This document shows positions 1 to 13,820 of a stretch of 64,000 nucleotides of DNA, piece after piece. Position 1 is the stretch's first letter, and every line of letters starts with the position of its first letter. Source of the DNA: Octopus sinensis (Eukaryota); assembly GCF_006345805.1 (NCBI RefSeq), contig NC_043014.1, positions 43,586,001-43,650,000 of the forward strand, in the 5' to 3' direction. The notes beneath the pieces are model-generated. The model had not been told where the DNA came from. It did not search any database and worked only from the letters and a program-made list of their open reading frames with translations. A program made the translations under genes and the position numbers.

Positions 1-2228
1 CCACTGGCACTGGTATCACAGCTACAATTTCCATTGATGTTGATCGATTTCGATTTTGATTTTGATTTTCACTTGCCTTAACAGGTCTTCACAAGTAGAG
101 TTTTGTGTCCCAAGAAGGAAAGGTGTGCATAAGTGGACTGGCATAGGTGGACTGGCATAGGTGGACTGGCTACATCCCATGTAGAGGCCACGGGTTATGG
201 TCTCACTTCTCCTGCTGGGTCTTCTTACGCACAGCATACTTCCAAAGGTCTCAGTCTCTAGTCATTTCCTTTCAAAATTAATTGAAGAAAAAAAACAGAG
301 TGTTTCCATAGTAACAAAAGAGTTAATCACTTTCTGTGTTCTTTCCAAAAGTTTGGCGTAATTCTGTTTAATTTGAGAACCTTGAAGTTGTCTACTGTTC
401 ATGTTAAACGGGAATTAATTTATCCTACCCCTCCCCTTCAATAGGACGACGGAAGGATAGGGGGGAATGCAAGAAAATAGCCGTTCCCCATCCCCCCCGT
501 CCCCCCGCATGTCACCAGTTTTGTCTACTGATTGCCTCAAAATGGCGGAAATAAGGGACTTTATCAGTTATTATGATCGGACAAGTATAAAAGACATTTC
601 TTAAATTTCCGTATCGTATTCACTCGCAAGTGTCATGGATATTCTTGTATGTAAAGATCAACAGAACCTTTTTTTTTTAAAGCTGACGTCTACTGTTTAA
701 ACATCGCATAAACAATCATATTTCTCATTTCCACGTCTGCCTCAGAATCTGAGATTGTTCTCAGGAATGTGCACCCAATAACCTATGCCAATACATATTT
801 ACATTAGTTCGTTTCTTTCATGCCCATTTTTCAACAAATTCTTTCTTCCTAATTCCTCTGTGTCATTCCTTCTCTCTCTCTCTCTTTCTTTCTGTTTGTC
901 TTTTTTCTGTCTCTTTGCCGTCTCTTTTCCATTTCTTTCTCTTTTATTTTTCATCTCATTTTATGTTTCTTTCTTCCTCTCTCTCTCTCTGACTCTCTTC
1001 ATAGTTCATTCCATCTGTTTATGTGTGTGAAAAAAAAAAGAACGGAAGTCCAAAGAACGGTAGCGCTTGTATAGGACAAGCTCTTTCATCAAATGTTTCT
1101 TAACCCTTTGGCATTCGCATGACTCCAACGAATGTAATGCTTATGTATTCACATTTGTCTTGAATTAATCAGGCATTATCTCAAGGCTTCAAGAATTTGA
1201 TTTGATGATTGTTTATTTTTAGAATGACATTGTAGGGTAGGTGTGAAAGGTCAGATCTGGTTGGTTTGGATATGAAACAAGATACAAAATTCGGGCCTGA
1301 TTTGGCTGGATTTAGTAAAGAAATCTAAACCAGATTACTGTAGCTGTTATTGTGATTTAGCCCCAGACCAACTGGATCAAGCCTACCTATAATCAAAAGC
1401 ACTCCAGCAAGGGCCATCCTGACTTTTATCCAGTTTTTCTAAGATTTCATTATGATGTTTGTTGTGTGATTTAACAACTCTTTAGCACTTAAACTGGCCA
1501 TATACAACCCTAATATTCTATCTGTATTATGTTCAAAACGGCCACATCTGGCTTCTCACACCTACTCTACAATATCATTCCAAAAACATACAAACATGTC
1601 ATTGAAATATCTGCCACACGTAATAGAAATCAGATGTTCAGATAAGCAACTTTGTTTTCCAACTTAGCACACATCTAAAATCTCTTTTTCCAGTGTAAAT
1701 TATAATTACTTTATCATTTCATTTGATAATCTGTTTCATTATCTCTGTGAACACAGTTTCATCTTCCATCCCATATGTTTAGAGAAAAAAAACTTAAGAT
1801 CCCTACTCTCAATCCAACTCTCCCACTTTCTCCCTTCTCCTTCTCTTTCACGCTCATTTATTATTGCCATTTATTAATTCATTTATCTAAATTTTGTCAC
1901 AGTTTGGTTGACCGAAAACTGTTGGTTATAGCTCTAGTTAAGAATGCAAACGCCCAATTCTATCTCATTATTATCATTGCTATTCTTTCACACCGGCAGC
2001 CTAAGTTTTTGCTGTTTCGCAGTGCCCACACACACGAGTTGGTCAGAGATGGAAAGATCAAACATCTATGATCTCTTTTGTACGACCACTAAGACTGGAG
2101 GTGGAAAAGAGAAGCGGAGGGGGGTGTGTCAGTATACTCTCAGAATGGTGACATAGTTCCAATGCATGCAATGTAAGTAAACTCTGTTTATTAGTGCTGG
2201 ATATATAAGAGCCAAGTGGAGGTGTTGA

Positions 2229-2447
2229 CCCTTTCGTTATCGACCTGGCTGAAACCACCTCTGGCTCTGTAGTAAAAATGTCTTGTTTTCATAAGTTTTG
2301 AATTAAAATCTTCCACTAAACCTTTGTCACAAATGTTCCTAACACTAACTTAATGATAACTAAGTTATTTTATTAAATTTTTTGTTTATATCTAAAATAA
2401 TTGAGAGAAACACAGACTATCTCAAAAAAAATACTGTAATGAAGGGG
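2229..2447. mobile_element. piggyBac-type MITE, family 1
   Basis: Same body as 6376-6596, slightly degenerate termini. Confidence 0.8.
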
Positions 2448-3673
2448 TTAAACCCGTGCAGCAGATTAAATTGGCCATCTAAAAATAGCTAAAGTCCATC
2501 CAGATGGCTTTCACACACAAAATTTGTATTGACCCTGCATTGAAATTTTGGAAGAAGAAAGACATATCATTGACTTGTGGTCCCCCTAGTGGTTGTCACT
2601 ATTACAAGGGAGATAATAATTTCTTTATAATGTTTTGTGTGATTAGGAATTTAAATTTGGAAAGAAGAAATTATAAGGGAAAAAATGGATTAGATTCACT
2701 CATTTATTTATTATTATTATTGCATACTTATACTGAAGTGCTTAAAATTTGAAGTCATCGTAGATTGGTTTATAGATTCCATTAGTGTATCTAGTTTTTG
2801 AAAAAAATAGTTTTAACTTCATTTGTAGAAAGTTTTTTTTTTTTTATTAATTCTATGAAAATAAGGGATGGTGGAAATTTTATTTGCAAATTTCTGTTTT
2901 GTTGTTACATTTCAAAATTTGTAAATATGAAATAAAAAAAAAAAAAAAGAAATAGAAATTATAATTGCGACTAGATTTAGAATTTAAGAATTAGCAAAAA
3001 TGTTGAAGATTAAAATCAAATTGAAGATAAATTTTTATTGAGTCATGCTTTAAGTTTGAATTAAGACTTCTAATTTTTATGTTTGAATTTTGATTTCACT
3101 GTATAAATTTATGAATTTGAAATTACAAATGCAACATGACTAAAATGTTGAGTATTTCTCTTTGCAATCTCAAGGTTTCAGGTTCATGCCCAGTCTACCT
3201 AGGTTTCATCTAAGCTTTGGGAGTGAAATTGGATAGATGGAGCCTGTATTATATTGTAAAGATCTCATCCATGACCCAGACAAGTTTCCTTAAATTATGA
3301 CTGACATTCGTGCTGGCATGGCTGTGTGGTAGAAAGCTTGCTTCTCAACCATATGGTTCTGGGTTCAATCCCACTGCATCACACATTGGGAGAATGTCTT
3401 CTACTATAACCTCAAGCAGATCTTGTGTGTATGTTTGTTTCCCACTACCATCACGTGACAACCGGTGTTGGTGTGTTTATGTCCCCTAGCAGTTTGGCAA
3501 AATGGACTGATAGAATAAGTACCAGGCTTTAAAAAAAAAAGGTACTGGGGTCATTTCATTCGACTAAAATCTCTTCATGGCAGTGCTCCAGCTTGGCCTC
3601 AGTCTAGTAGCTGAAACAAGTAAAAAATAACAAATAAAAGATATTAATTATGCATCTATATACTGTTTATGAA

Positions 3674-4242
3674 AGGCAGCGAGCTGGCAGAAATGTAAGC
3701 ACGCTGGGCAAAATGCTTAGTCCGCCGCTGCGTTCTGAGTTCAAATTCTGCTGAGGTCAACTTTGCCTTTCATACTTTCGGGGTCGATAAATTAAGTACC
3801 AGTTACGCACTGGGGTCGATGTAATCGACTTAATCCGTTTGTCTGTCCTTGTTTGTCCCCTCTGTGTTTAGCCCCTTGTGGGTAGTAAAGAAAAGGTATT
3901 TTGTTTGTCCTTACATTCTGAATTCAAATTCTGGCAAGGTTGACTTTGCCTTTCATCTTTTTAGGGTCAATAAATTAAGTACCAGTTACGCACTGGGGTC
4001 GATGTAATCGACTTAATCCGTTTGTCTGTCCTTGTTTGTCCCCTCTGTGTTTAGCCCCTTGTGGGTAGTAAAGAAAAGGTATTTTGTTTGTCCTTACATT
4101 CTGAATTCAAATTCTGGCAAGGTTGACTTTGCCTTTCATCTTTTTAGGGTCAATAAATTAAGTACCAGTTGCATGCTGGTGTTGAGCTAATCGACTGGCC
4201 CCTTCCCTGAAAATTTCAGGTCTTGTGCTTTGAGTAGAAAAG
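3674..4242 (+). mobile_element. SINE A multimer (head-body-tail1, body-tail1, body-tail2)
   Basis: ~183-bp internal period; 17-bp TSD TATATACTGTTTATGAA (3657-3673, 4243-4259). Confidence 0.85.
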
Positions 4243-4553
4243 TATATACTGTTTATGAATACCAGAATGTATTTATCTCCTACTTCCTTCCTTGCCTTGG
4301 TGATTTCCTCAACATCATCATCTGCTTATCACCACTTTCTTGCTCGTGTCTTTTATATAGCTCACCTACAACAAGAAACCTGTTCTGCTCTGGCCCTTTC
4401 TCATGCTGTTACCCTTCTTCTCCTTGCATAAAGTTGCTCTTCTTTTACACCATTTGGGTTTGTAGTCTTGTAAGTTGCATGGCCATCTCATTAGTGCTGG
4501 TACTACATAAAAAAGCACCCAGTGTAGGCTATAAAGCAGTTGGTGTTAGGTAA

Positions 4554-4808
4554 GGTGTCCAACCTTAGAAACCCTACCAAAGTAGAAACTGGGGCATGCT
4601 GCAGTTTCTGGGCCCAACGGATCCTGTCAAAGCATCCAACCCAAGCCAGCATGGAATATGGATACTAAATGATGATCCTCAGTCGCTACACCCTGCTCCC
4701 CAGTTACCTGGCTTGGGTGGGTTGGATGCTTTGACAGGATCCGTTGGGCCCAGAAACATGCAGCATGCCCCAGTTTCTACTTTGGTATGGTTTCTAAGGT
4801 CGGACACC
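4554..4808. repeat. Near-perfect inverted repeat (arms 4554-4649 and 4708-4808)
   Basis: Arms are reverse complements apart from two substitutions and two small indels; 58-bp loop. Confidence 0.92.
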
Positions 4809-6375
4809 CTAATTAACAGAAAATTGATGTACAGTGATACAGACAAGATTGTTACCTTATTTGGTCATTCGGAACGTAAAACCTTGGAATAAACACTGCA
4901 AAGCATTTTGTTTGAGACTCTTCATCGATTCCACCAATCCACCGGCTTGGTTCGGTACTTTAGTTTTCCAATTCCGAAAGGATGGATGGCCAGATTTGAC
5001 CTTGGCAGCGTTTAAATTCAGAACTTAAAGTGCTGGAATAAAAATAACAACACAGACATTTTGTCTGATGCTCTTACAATTTTGCCAGTTTAATGCTTTT
5101 TTTTTTCTTTTTGCTGTTTTTTTTTTTGTTATTGTATTTTGCTTCTATAATTTTTGGTTTAAATTGGCAGTTAAGGCTTCTTTTCTGTTTTTTAATTTCA
5201 CAGTCAGATACATTTCTCCATGGCTGTAAAATCATCATAAACTTGTCTCAAAATATAATGTAAAAGTTTTACCTCTGTTTTTTTTACACCTAATCACCAT
5301 TCTCACACTATTTATATGGCACATAATAATAAAAATAATAATAATAATAATAACAATAACAATAATAATAATTATAATGATGATGATAATAATAATAATA
5401 ATAATAATAATAATTATTATTATTATTATTATAATGATTTCTTTTAATAATATTGTTTTAACCTAAATCTGTATTTGTTTTTTTTTTAATGTATATATAT
5501 ATATATATTATTGTGTATATTTTATCCGAAGTTAATTTGATGTGAGTGGGAATGCTGTTATTTTCCCGACTGTCAAAATATCTCTGTTTGTCGGAACTGA
5601 TGCCTGTCATTATTCTTAGGATTTCAACCAAGTTATGTTGAATAGTTAAATTGTTACCTTATAAATTCAATCTTGCTGTCATCACCTGAAATTTTCTCAA
5701 GATGTTTACCAGATTTTTACATATCCTCATTGATGTCGTTAAGATTATTTTTCTATTCTAGCTAGGGTTATCAATGTTTGATACCCCCGCCCCCTCCCCC
5801 CCCACTTCTCATTGGTTCTGTTAACTTTCTCATGATTTCAATTTCTTCTGTCGTCTTGCTATTTTATTCAAGTATTTAAGTGTTTTACTCAAATTTTCCA
5901 CTCATTTTTATCCACTAGTACAGAATTTATCCATTTATAATTTCAGTTATACCTTATCATCCCATTCACTAACAGACTCCTCTCTGGAGAAACAGACTCC
6001 ATCTCTGGAGAAATGATGCCCCTTATAACTGGGGGCATCCATGTCAAATCCTTATATTGTCTTCTTTTCTTCATTAGACTGTGGCTATGGTGGAGCACCA
6101 CCCATTCAGCAAATTGACCCCAGAGCTTATTCTTTGTAAGCCTAGTACTTATTCTATCAGTCTCTTTTGCTGAACCACTAGCTTACGGGGACATAATCAC
6201 ACCAGCATCGGTGTACTTTACTTTAGCTGGCCTGGGGCTATAGTAGAAGACATTTTGCCCAAGGTGTCATGCAGTGGGACTGAACCCGTAACCATATGGT
6301 TGGTAAGCAAGCTACTTACCACACAGCCACTCCTGTGCTTAAGCATTATTTTTGATAAAATGATGTGAATGTTAA

Positions 6376-6596
6376 CCCTTTCATTACCAACCCGGCTGAA
6401 ACCGTCTCTGGCTCTGTAGTACAAATGTCTTGTTTTCATAAGTTTTGAATTAAAATCTTCCACCAAACCTTAGTCACAATTTATGTTCCTAACACTAGCT
6501 TATTGATAACTAAGTTATTTTACTAAATTCTTTGTTATATTTAAAGTAATTGAAAGAAACACAGAGCATCTCAACAGAAATACAGTAATGAAAGGG
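6376..6596. mobile_element. piggyBac-type MITE, family 1
   Basis: Perfect TIRs CCCTTTCATTAC / GTAATGAAAGGG with TTAA on both sides. Confidence 0.88.
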
Positions 6597-6799
6597 TTAA
6601 AGGGTTAAGGCCTTTTGAAGAACAAGCAAAATGTTGCTTAAAAAATTTCATGAATAATATTAAAATAAAAGAACAAAATATTTATTTCCAGTAAGCCTAA
6701 TTTAGTAATAACAATGATAGGTAAAAGAGAATAGACTTTTCTATAAAGAATCGGTTTGTTCAGGATTAAATAACTTGCCATGGTGTTAACTTGTGCCTG

Positions 6800-7192
6800 A
6801 GTAGTTAATCTGTAGTGAGTGAGCCTCCTCCTCTTGATGGCTGTGGAAGGTGCTGGTGCCTGGAGTTGCGGTTTAGGCCAAGGCAGTATAGAAGAGCTGG
6901 AGCATTTACCACAGGGGAAGGTTGGCAGGGAACAGGTAAGTGAACATCATCCTTTGAGTCTTTGACACCTGATCTCTGCCTTTTGATATCTGTTATTTTC
7001 CATTTGGTCTGTTCCCTCCAGTATGACATGCCACCACTTTGGGTGGCCCTTGGCGAATGTCTACCCCTGATATTTGGGTCAATGGAGTAGAGGAGGAAAG
7101 TGGCCTTGAGCTGGTCTCGGAAATGGAATTTGGGAGCTCTGCATGGTCTGGTACTTGGGGCCAACACCGCAGAGAGGAGTCGACGGGAGAGG
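6800..7192 (-). mobile_element. Degenerate RTE/BovB-like LINE C-terminal fragment
   Basis: RRLLSAVLAPSTRPCRAPKFHFRDQLKATF..SIDPN resembles the RTE motif G.R..G.PK.RFKD.LK; an FPCGKC follows in a shifted frame. Confidence 0.6.
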
Positions 7193-7200
7193 TATATTTT

Positions 7201-7432
7201 AGGCGGCAAGCTGGCAGAAACGTTAGCATGCCGGGCGAAATGCTTAGCGGTATTTCGTCTGCCGTTACGTTGTGAGTTCAAATTCCGCCGAGGTCGACTT
7301 TGCCTTTCATCCTTTCGAGGTCGATAAATTAAGTACCAGTTACGCACTGGGGTCGATGTAATCGACTTAATACCTATGTCTGTCCTTGTTTGTCCCCTCT
7401 GTGTTTAGCCCCTTGCGGGTAATAAAGAAATA
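7201..7432 (+). mobile_element. tRNA-derived SINE family A, tail 1 (reference copy)
   Basis: A-box-like TGGCAGAAACG, B box GTTCAAATTCC, central GTCGACTTTGCCTTTCATCCTTTCG.GGTCGATAAATTAAGTACC (from memory resembles the Meta/MESC-type conserved SINE domain), tail ...GCCCCTTG.GGGTAATAAAGAAATA; TSD AGGTATATTTT. Confidence 0.9.
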
Positions 7433-8249
7433 GGTATATTTTAGACATGCATGTGAAGTGTGGCTTTTCTATAAAGAACTGGTTTGTTCAGGATTAAATG
7501 AAGACCATAAATCTTATAACTAACATCAGATGATATTTTGCTGGAATTAAATTAGCTGGTTTGAGATAGATAGATAAATGGGGTGGGGAGAAAGAACAAA
7601 AATACGAAAACCTGCCATATATCTTAATGATCCATCATAATTGGTGTATTTGCTTCTTCCTTTCAGCCTGTAAATCTCCTACTATGAAGAGATAATAATC
7701 TCTACCTATCACCAGCTGATACATCTTTACAGCGAATATATGACACATCTATTGTTCTCCAAATTCACTGTATATTGATATAATACATATTTTCTGTGCT
7801 TTTCAGATATTACTGACAGCGAGTGAATGGTCTTTTCTTGTAGTTTAACTAATCTTGTATAATATGTATATTTATGAACTGGAAAAACGCATTTTGTTGC
7901 TGCTTTTGTGGAATATATGCGGTCAGCATCTGCTTTAGTAAACTTTATAGCACATGAGGCATGGGCAATTAAATAGTTTTAAAAAATTGCCTACCTTTTA
8001 AGTCTTGAATATCATGGGCATATCTAGATATTGTCATCCTCTTCAGTGTTGGCTGCGGTCATTTGTTTCCATGGTTCTTCAGTGATTTCTGTCTTTGTTC
8101 TCATCATCATTGCCATCTTTGTTGTTCTTCTCATTATTGCCGTGGTCATTGTTGTCTCTTCAATCCTCAGTGCCAATGTCCTAGCCATTGCAGTTCTTAT
8201 TGGGAAAAGCATAAATTTCTTCTTTTTCGTCATCATCGGTAGTAGTAGT

Positions 8250-8780
8250 AGGCTTAGGAGTGGCTGTGTGGTAAGTAGCTTGCTTACCAACCACATGGTT
8301 CTGGGTTCAGTCCCACTGCGTGGCACCTCGGGCAAGTGTCTTCTACTATAGCCTCGGGCTGACCAAAGCCTTGTGAGTGGATTTGGCAGACGGAAACTGA
8401 AAGAAGCCCATCATATATATGTGTATATATATGTATGTGTATGTGTCTGTGTTTGCCCCCAACACCGCTTGACAACTGATGGTGGTGTGTTTATGTCCCC
8501 GCCGTGTGTGTGTGTGTGTGTATATATATACACACACACATATATGCTTGTGTGTGTATATGTTTATGTGTCTGTGTTTGTCCCCCCAACATCGCTTCAC
8601 AACTGATGGTGGTGTGTTTACGTCCCCATAACTTAGCTGTTCGGCAAAAGAGACATCGACAGAATAAGTACTACTCTTCCAAAGAATAAGTCCTGGTGGA
8701 GGGGTCGATTCACTCGACTAAAAGGCGGTGTTCCAGCTAGGCCGCAGTCAAATGACCGAAACAATTAAGAGAGAAAGAGA
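8250..8780 (+). mobile_element. SINE B with internal duplication
   Basis: The segment around the microsatellite is repeated (about 8440-8500 and 8560-8630). Confidence 0.88.
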
Positions 8781-9851
8781 AAAAAGTAGCAGCATATGGA
8801 CATCAGCACCACACCATCACTATTACAGCACAGTGCTTCTTCTGCATTGTGTGAGTCAAATACTGGGGTTAATTTAATCGATTGATACCAATGTCTCTCT
8901 AGCTTCTTGAATGAAGCAAGAGACAATGAATGAGAGCTTGCAACAAATCTTCTTTCCTGTCTCATCAACTGCTTGTGTACGAAGGTGTGAATACCATGGC
9001 TGCATCATTCCTGCGAGAGAAGCTGCACCTCCCCCCCTTAGGCATTGGACAGCATTAAATTGACATAATGATAAAATAATATCAGAAAAAATCCTATAAT
9101 TAATGGTGGGATATGTCAACAGAAGAGGAAGAATAAGTTATATGGTAAAAGACTTAGAATTGGCTATTCTATATTTTTGGTATTGCCTGACATTTTCTTT
9201 TCTTTTTTTTTTTTTTTTTCCGTTACAGTTTAGCTGTAGAGAGCGAAAGGAGAATGAATTTTATTTTTTCCTTCATGAAGTATGAAGACACTGAATGTGA
9301 TAGATGTCGTTCATCTCTGCAAATCAATATTACGCTTTAGAAGAACCTTATTGTACATTGTCATACTTTATGTAAAACTGTGAAGGCCATTGTAACACTG
9401 CATTACTATTTTTGGTTTAAGGTGGTTTTAAAAAATTTTTTTTTTCATGATCCTCTTTTACTCGTTTACTTGTGTTGTTCATTTGACTGCGGCCAAGCTG
9501 GAGCACCGGCTTTAGTCGAACAAATTGACCCCCCAGAACTTATTCGTTGTAAGTCTAGTATCATTCAATCGGTCTCTGGTGAAAAGTAATTGGAGTGGGG
9601 CAATTTACTGATGTATTTTGAATGTAGAATCTCTGCATACTTGTAGGATTTTGAAGAGATTGTAATTGTTGTAATGAAAGTAAAAAGTACAAATTTGTTG
9701 ACCGTTACAAAATCCTTTAAATGGAAGAAATAATGGTATATTTTGGAATCCTCTTTCTTATGTGAGCTGTGCTGTTTCCAGCTCTGAGATGGGAAATGTA
9801 TGTGAAAACCCCTACATGTGCTCAACTGTATTCAACCATCTTATTTTAATT

Positions 9852-10510
9852 CATTTATTGCCCACAAGGGGCTAAACATAGAGGGGACAAACAAGGACAA
9901 ACAAAGGGATTAAGTCTATTACATCAACCCCAGTGCGTAACTGGTACTTAATTTATCGACCCTGAAAGGATGAAAGGCAAAGTTGACCTTGGCGAAATTT
10001 GAACTCAGAACGTAACGGCAGACAAAATACCTATTTCTTTACTACCCACAAGGGGCTAAACTCAGAGAGGACAAACAAGGACAGATAAACGGATTAAGTC
10101 GATTATATCGACCCCAATGCATAACTGGTACTTTATTTAATCGACCCCAAAAGGATGAAAGGCAAAGTTGACCTCGGCGGAATTTGAACTCAGAACGTAG
10201 GGGCAGACGACATACCGCTAAGCATTTTGCCCGGCCTGTTAATGTTTCTGCCAGCTCGCGCCTTAAAAACACAGAAATATATCTATTTCCTTATTGCCCA
10301 CAGGGGACTAAACATAGAGGGGACAAACAAGGGCAAAGGGATTAAGTCGATTACATCGACTCCAGTGCGTAACTGGTACTTAATTTATCGACCCCGAAAG
10401 GATGAAAGGCAAAATCGACCTCGGCGGAATTTGAACTGAGAATTATAACGGCTGACGAAATACGGTTACGCATTTCGCTCGGCGTGCTAACGTTTCTGCC
10501 AGCTCGCCGC
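9852..10510 (-). mobile_element. SINE A cluster (dimer 9852-10264 + monomer 10283-10510)
   Basis: Three repeats of the family-A body and tail 1. Confidence 0.88.
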
Positions 10511-11056
10511 TTCGTATATTTGTACCTCGGTGTCACTTTGATAGTGTGTGCTACTCTCATTAATAAATAATAATGATAATTTTATTTAAAAAAAAAAAAA
10601 ACAAGTCCTAAAGAACCGAAAGTAATGTTCTTTGTCTCGAGGTATAAATGGCAATTTCAGTGTCAGAAGTGAAATTCTTTTGGGTCAGTAACACATTAAC
10701 TACATCACTCAATCATTTTCAATGTTGAACTTTCTGGTTCTTTGATTGTATCGGATAAATTCTTCTGACGAGTAAATAATTAAGCCATTAATTGCAGTCA
10801 ATTTCTTACACAGTACCTTTGCTAATTAGTTCATACTTTGGATTCATTAGTGTAATAATATATCTTTGATGTCCTAATAAGAATAGCATTATATATGACT
10901 CAGGCACTAAACAAAGGTTGTTTGTTGGGCCAAGCTATTTTGGGATTGTTATTTCTTGCTTATTCTCTGCAGTTTTATTTATTTATTCCAAACTATTCAA
11001 ACTGTTGAGATATTGATGCAAAATTTCAGGCTATAAATATCTCACTCCCCACCACT

Positions 11057-11188
11057 TCTCTCTCTCTCTCTCTCTCTCTCTACATATATATATATGTATG
11101 TATATATATATATGTATGTATGTATATGTATGTATGTATGTATATATGCATGTATATATATATGTATGTATATATGTATGTATGTATG

Positions 11189-11219
<31 letters not shown>

Positions 11220-11258
11220 GCATGTATATATATGTATGTATATGTATGTATATATATG

Positions 11259-11296
<38 letters not shown>

Positions 11297-11354
11297 TGTA
11301 TGTATGTCTATATATGTATATATGTATGTATATGTATATATATATATATGTATG

Positions 11355-11415
<61 letters not shown>
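11057..11415. repeat. Compound microsatellite (CT)n-(TATG/TA)n-(TG)n
   Basis: Direct inspection. Confidence 0.95.
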
Positions 11416-12639
11416 TCAAGGTTGTGAAATGTGCTTGCAGATAAGAGCGAATCAGGAGTAAATATAGTTAGTTTTGTTTACATCCCGTTTGTTGTCTGCA
11501 TATGGTTGTGTAGCTATTGAAATACAAGAGTTTGCACTTCCATGATAAGATGAGTTTTAGCCATTTTTTAAAGACAACACTGCTGAGAACTTTACTTAGG
11601 GCTTCATTAGCAAGCAAATTCATATGAAAATACTGCTTACGATGCATTGAATCAGATCTTTTGTTGAACAGGGCTTAGTTATATAACAGAAGCGTTTTTG
11701 CAACTATTTCTTTGGAAAAAATTCCTGTCAAGAGTTCTGGACGAACTTACCTTAACCCTTTAGTATTTAAACCAGCCACATCCTGCCAAAATAGCTAATC
11801 TGTTTTATGTTCAAACTGACCAGATCCAGGCTCTCACACCTACCTTACAATGTTATTCTACATTAAGTAATTACACCATCAAGATCTTGAAGATATGAGA
11901 TAATGCATGATTAATTCAAATCAATGGGAATCAATAAACATTATGTTTGATAGAATAATCTGAACACTGCATGTCTGTGTTTGTCCCCCTAGCATTGCTT
12001 GACAACCGATGCTGGTGTGTTTATGTCCCCGTTACTTAGCGGTTCGGCAAAAGAGACCGATAGAATAAGTACTGGGCTTACAAAGAATAAGTCCCGGGGT
12101 CGATTTGTTCGACTAAAGGCGGTGCTACAGCATGGCCGCAGTCGAATGACTGAAACAAGTAAAAGAGACTTTTGATGATGATGATGATGATGATGACGAC
12201 AATGATGATGATGATGACGATGATGATGATGATGACAGCAACACCGACGATAATAATAATAAAAAAAAGAGATATTTCGGTCAGAATTGCTTCTCTTTTA
12301 TGTGTTTAGAATGACAAGAGAATAAAACATAAAAATATACCCAAGATGGAATTTGTTTCGTTTTTTTGTTTTGAAAGAAAATTAAAATTATCAATAGACG
12401 CAAGCCTCATAATGTTCACGCCTCGTATAGAAAGTTAGGAAAATTCAAACTTTAGACATGTATTGTATGATTATAGAGAAAAAAAGGAGAACATTTACAC
12501 CCCCACACAGACACACAAAACAAAAAAACATTCTATAAGCTAAGTCATTTCTGCTGTGCAAAACAAAAACAAAAGAAAAATGTTACCACATATTTGACAC
12601 CCAGGCAACACCAGGTACTGCTGCTAGTTTGTGTATCTG

Positions 12640-13426
12640 TACACACACACACACACACACACACATTATATATATATATATATACATACACACACACACA
12701 CACATATATATACATTATATATATAATGTGTGTGTATATATGCGTATATATGTATGTATATGTGTGTATGTATATATGTATGTATGTGTGTCTGTCTAAG
12801 TTTATGTATATATATATGTCTATATATCTTTGTGTGCGTATATGTGTATATATATGTGTGTGTGTCTCAGTGTATGTATATATGTGTATATATATGTATG
12901 TATGTGTGTATGTGTATATATATATATATTTATATATACAGACATGCATATACATGCATGTATGTGTGTATATACATATATATATATATATGAATATATA
13001 CACACACATGTACACATAAATTGTGGAAATAGTTCAACGAATCAACTGATTATATTGTTTGTTCCCTCCTTCCCCCCGTCAGTACCTACACACACACATA
13101 TGTTCACAACTAAACGATGACGATGACAATAACAGCAAGAACAATGACGGTGAAATTGCAGTTTATCTATTTTACACCTTTGCAAAAAAAAGAAAAAAAA
13201 AGATTTTAAAAAAAAACATAACATATTGATTATCTGCAGCAGGTGGGGATTGGGGTAGGGGGGAAAGGACAAAAAAAAAACCATCCCAAAATAAACAATA
13301 AAAGCAAAAATTCAAAATCACATTGTTCTATGAAAAAGTGAAAAGAATTCTGGAATTCACGACTCACTATTATGTACATACATACATATATAGATACATA
13401 TGTATACGTATGTATATATATATATG

Positions 13427-13478
<52 letters not shown>

Positions 13479-13604
13479 TATGTATGTATATATATATCTA
13501 TATATGTATATACATATATATATATATATATTATATATATATACATATATATGTATATATATATATGTGTATATATATACATGTATATAATACATGTATA
13601 TATA

Positions 13605-13637
<33 letters not shown>

Positions 13638-13707
13638 ATATGTATGTATATATATACATGTATTATACATATATATATGTATATATATATATATATATAC
13701 ATATATA

Positions 13708-13755
<48 letters not shown>

Positions 13756-13820
13756 ATATATACATGTATATATATACATATATATATTAAATACTATATA
13801 TATATACACATATATATACA
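12640..13820. repeat. Two long TA/TG/CA microsatellite fields (12640-13018, 13370-13820)
   Basis: Direct inspection. Confidence 0.95.

Noticed and set aside
1-270. Probable dispersed repeat with a triplicated GTGGACTGGC(ATAG) unit
   Set aside because: Truncated by the window edge, with no second copy here to classify it.
2023-2172. 150-bp segment between a good acceptor (TTTCGCAG) and donor (GTAAGT)
   Set aside because: Stops in all three frames and no recognisable protein; a non-coding exon cannot be excluded.
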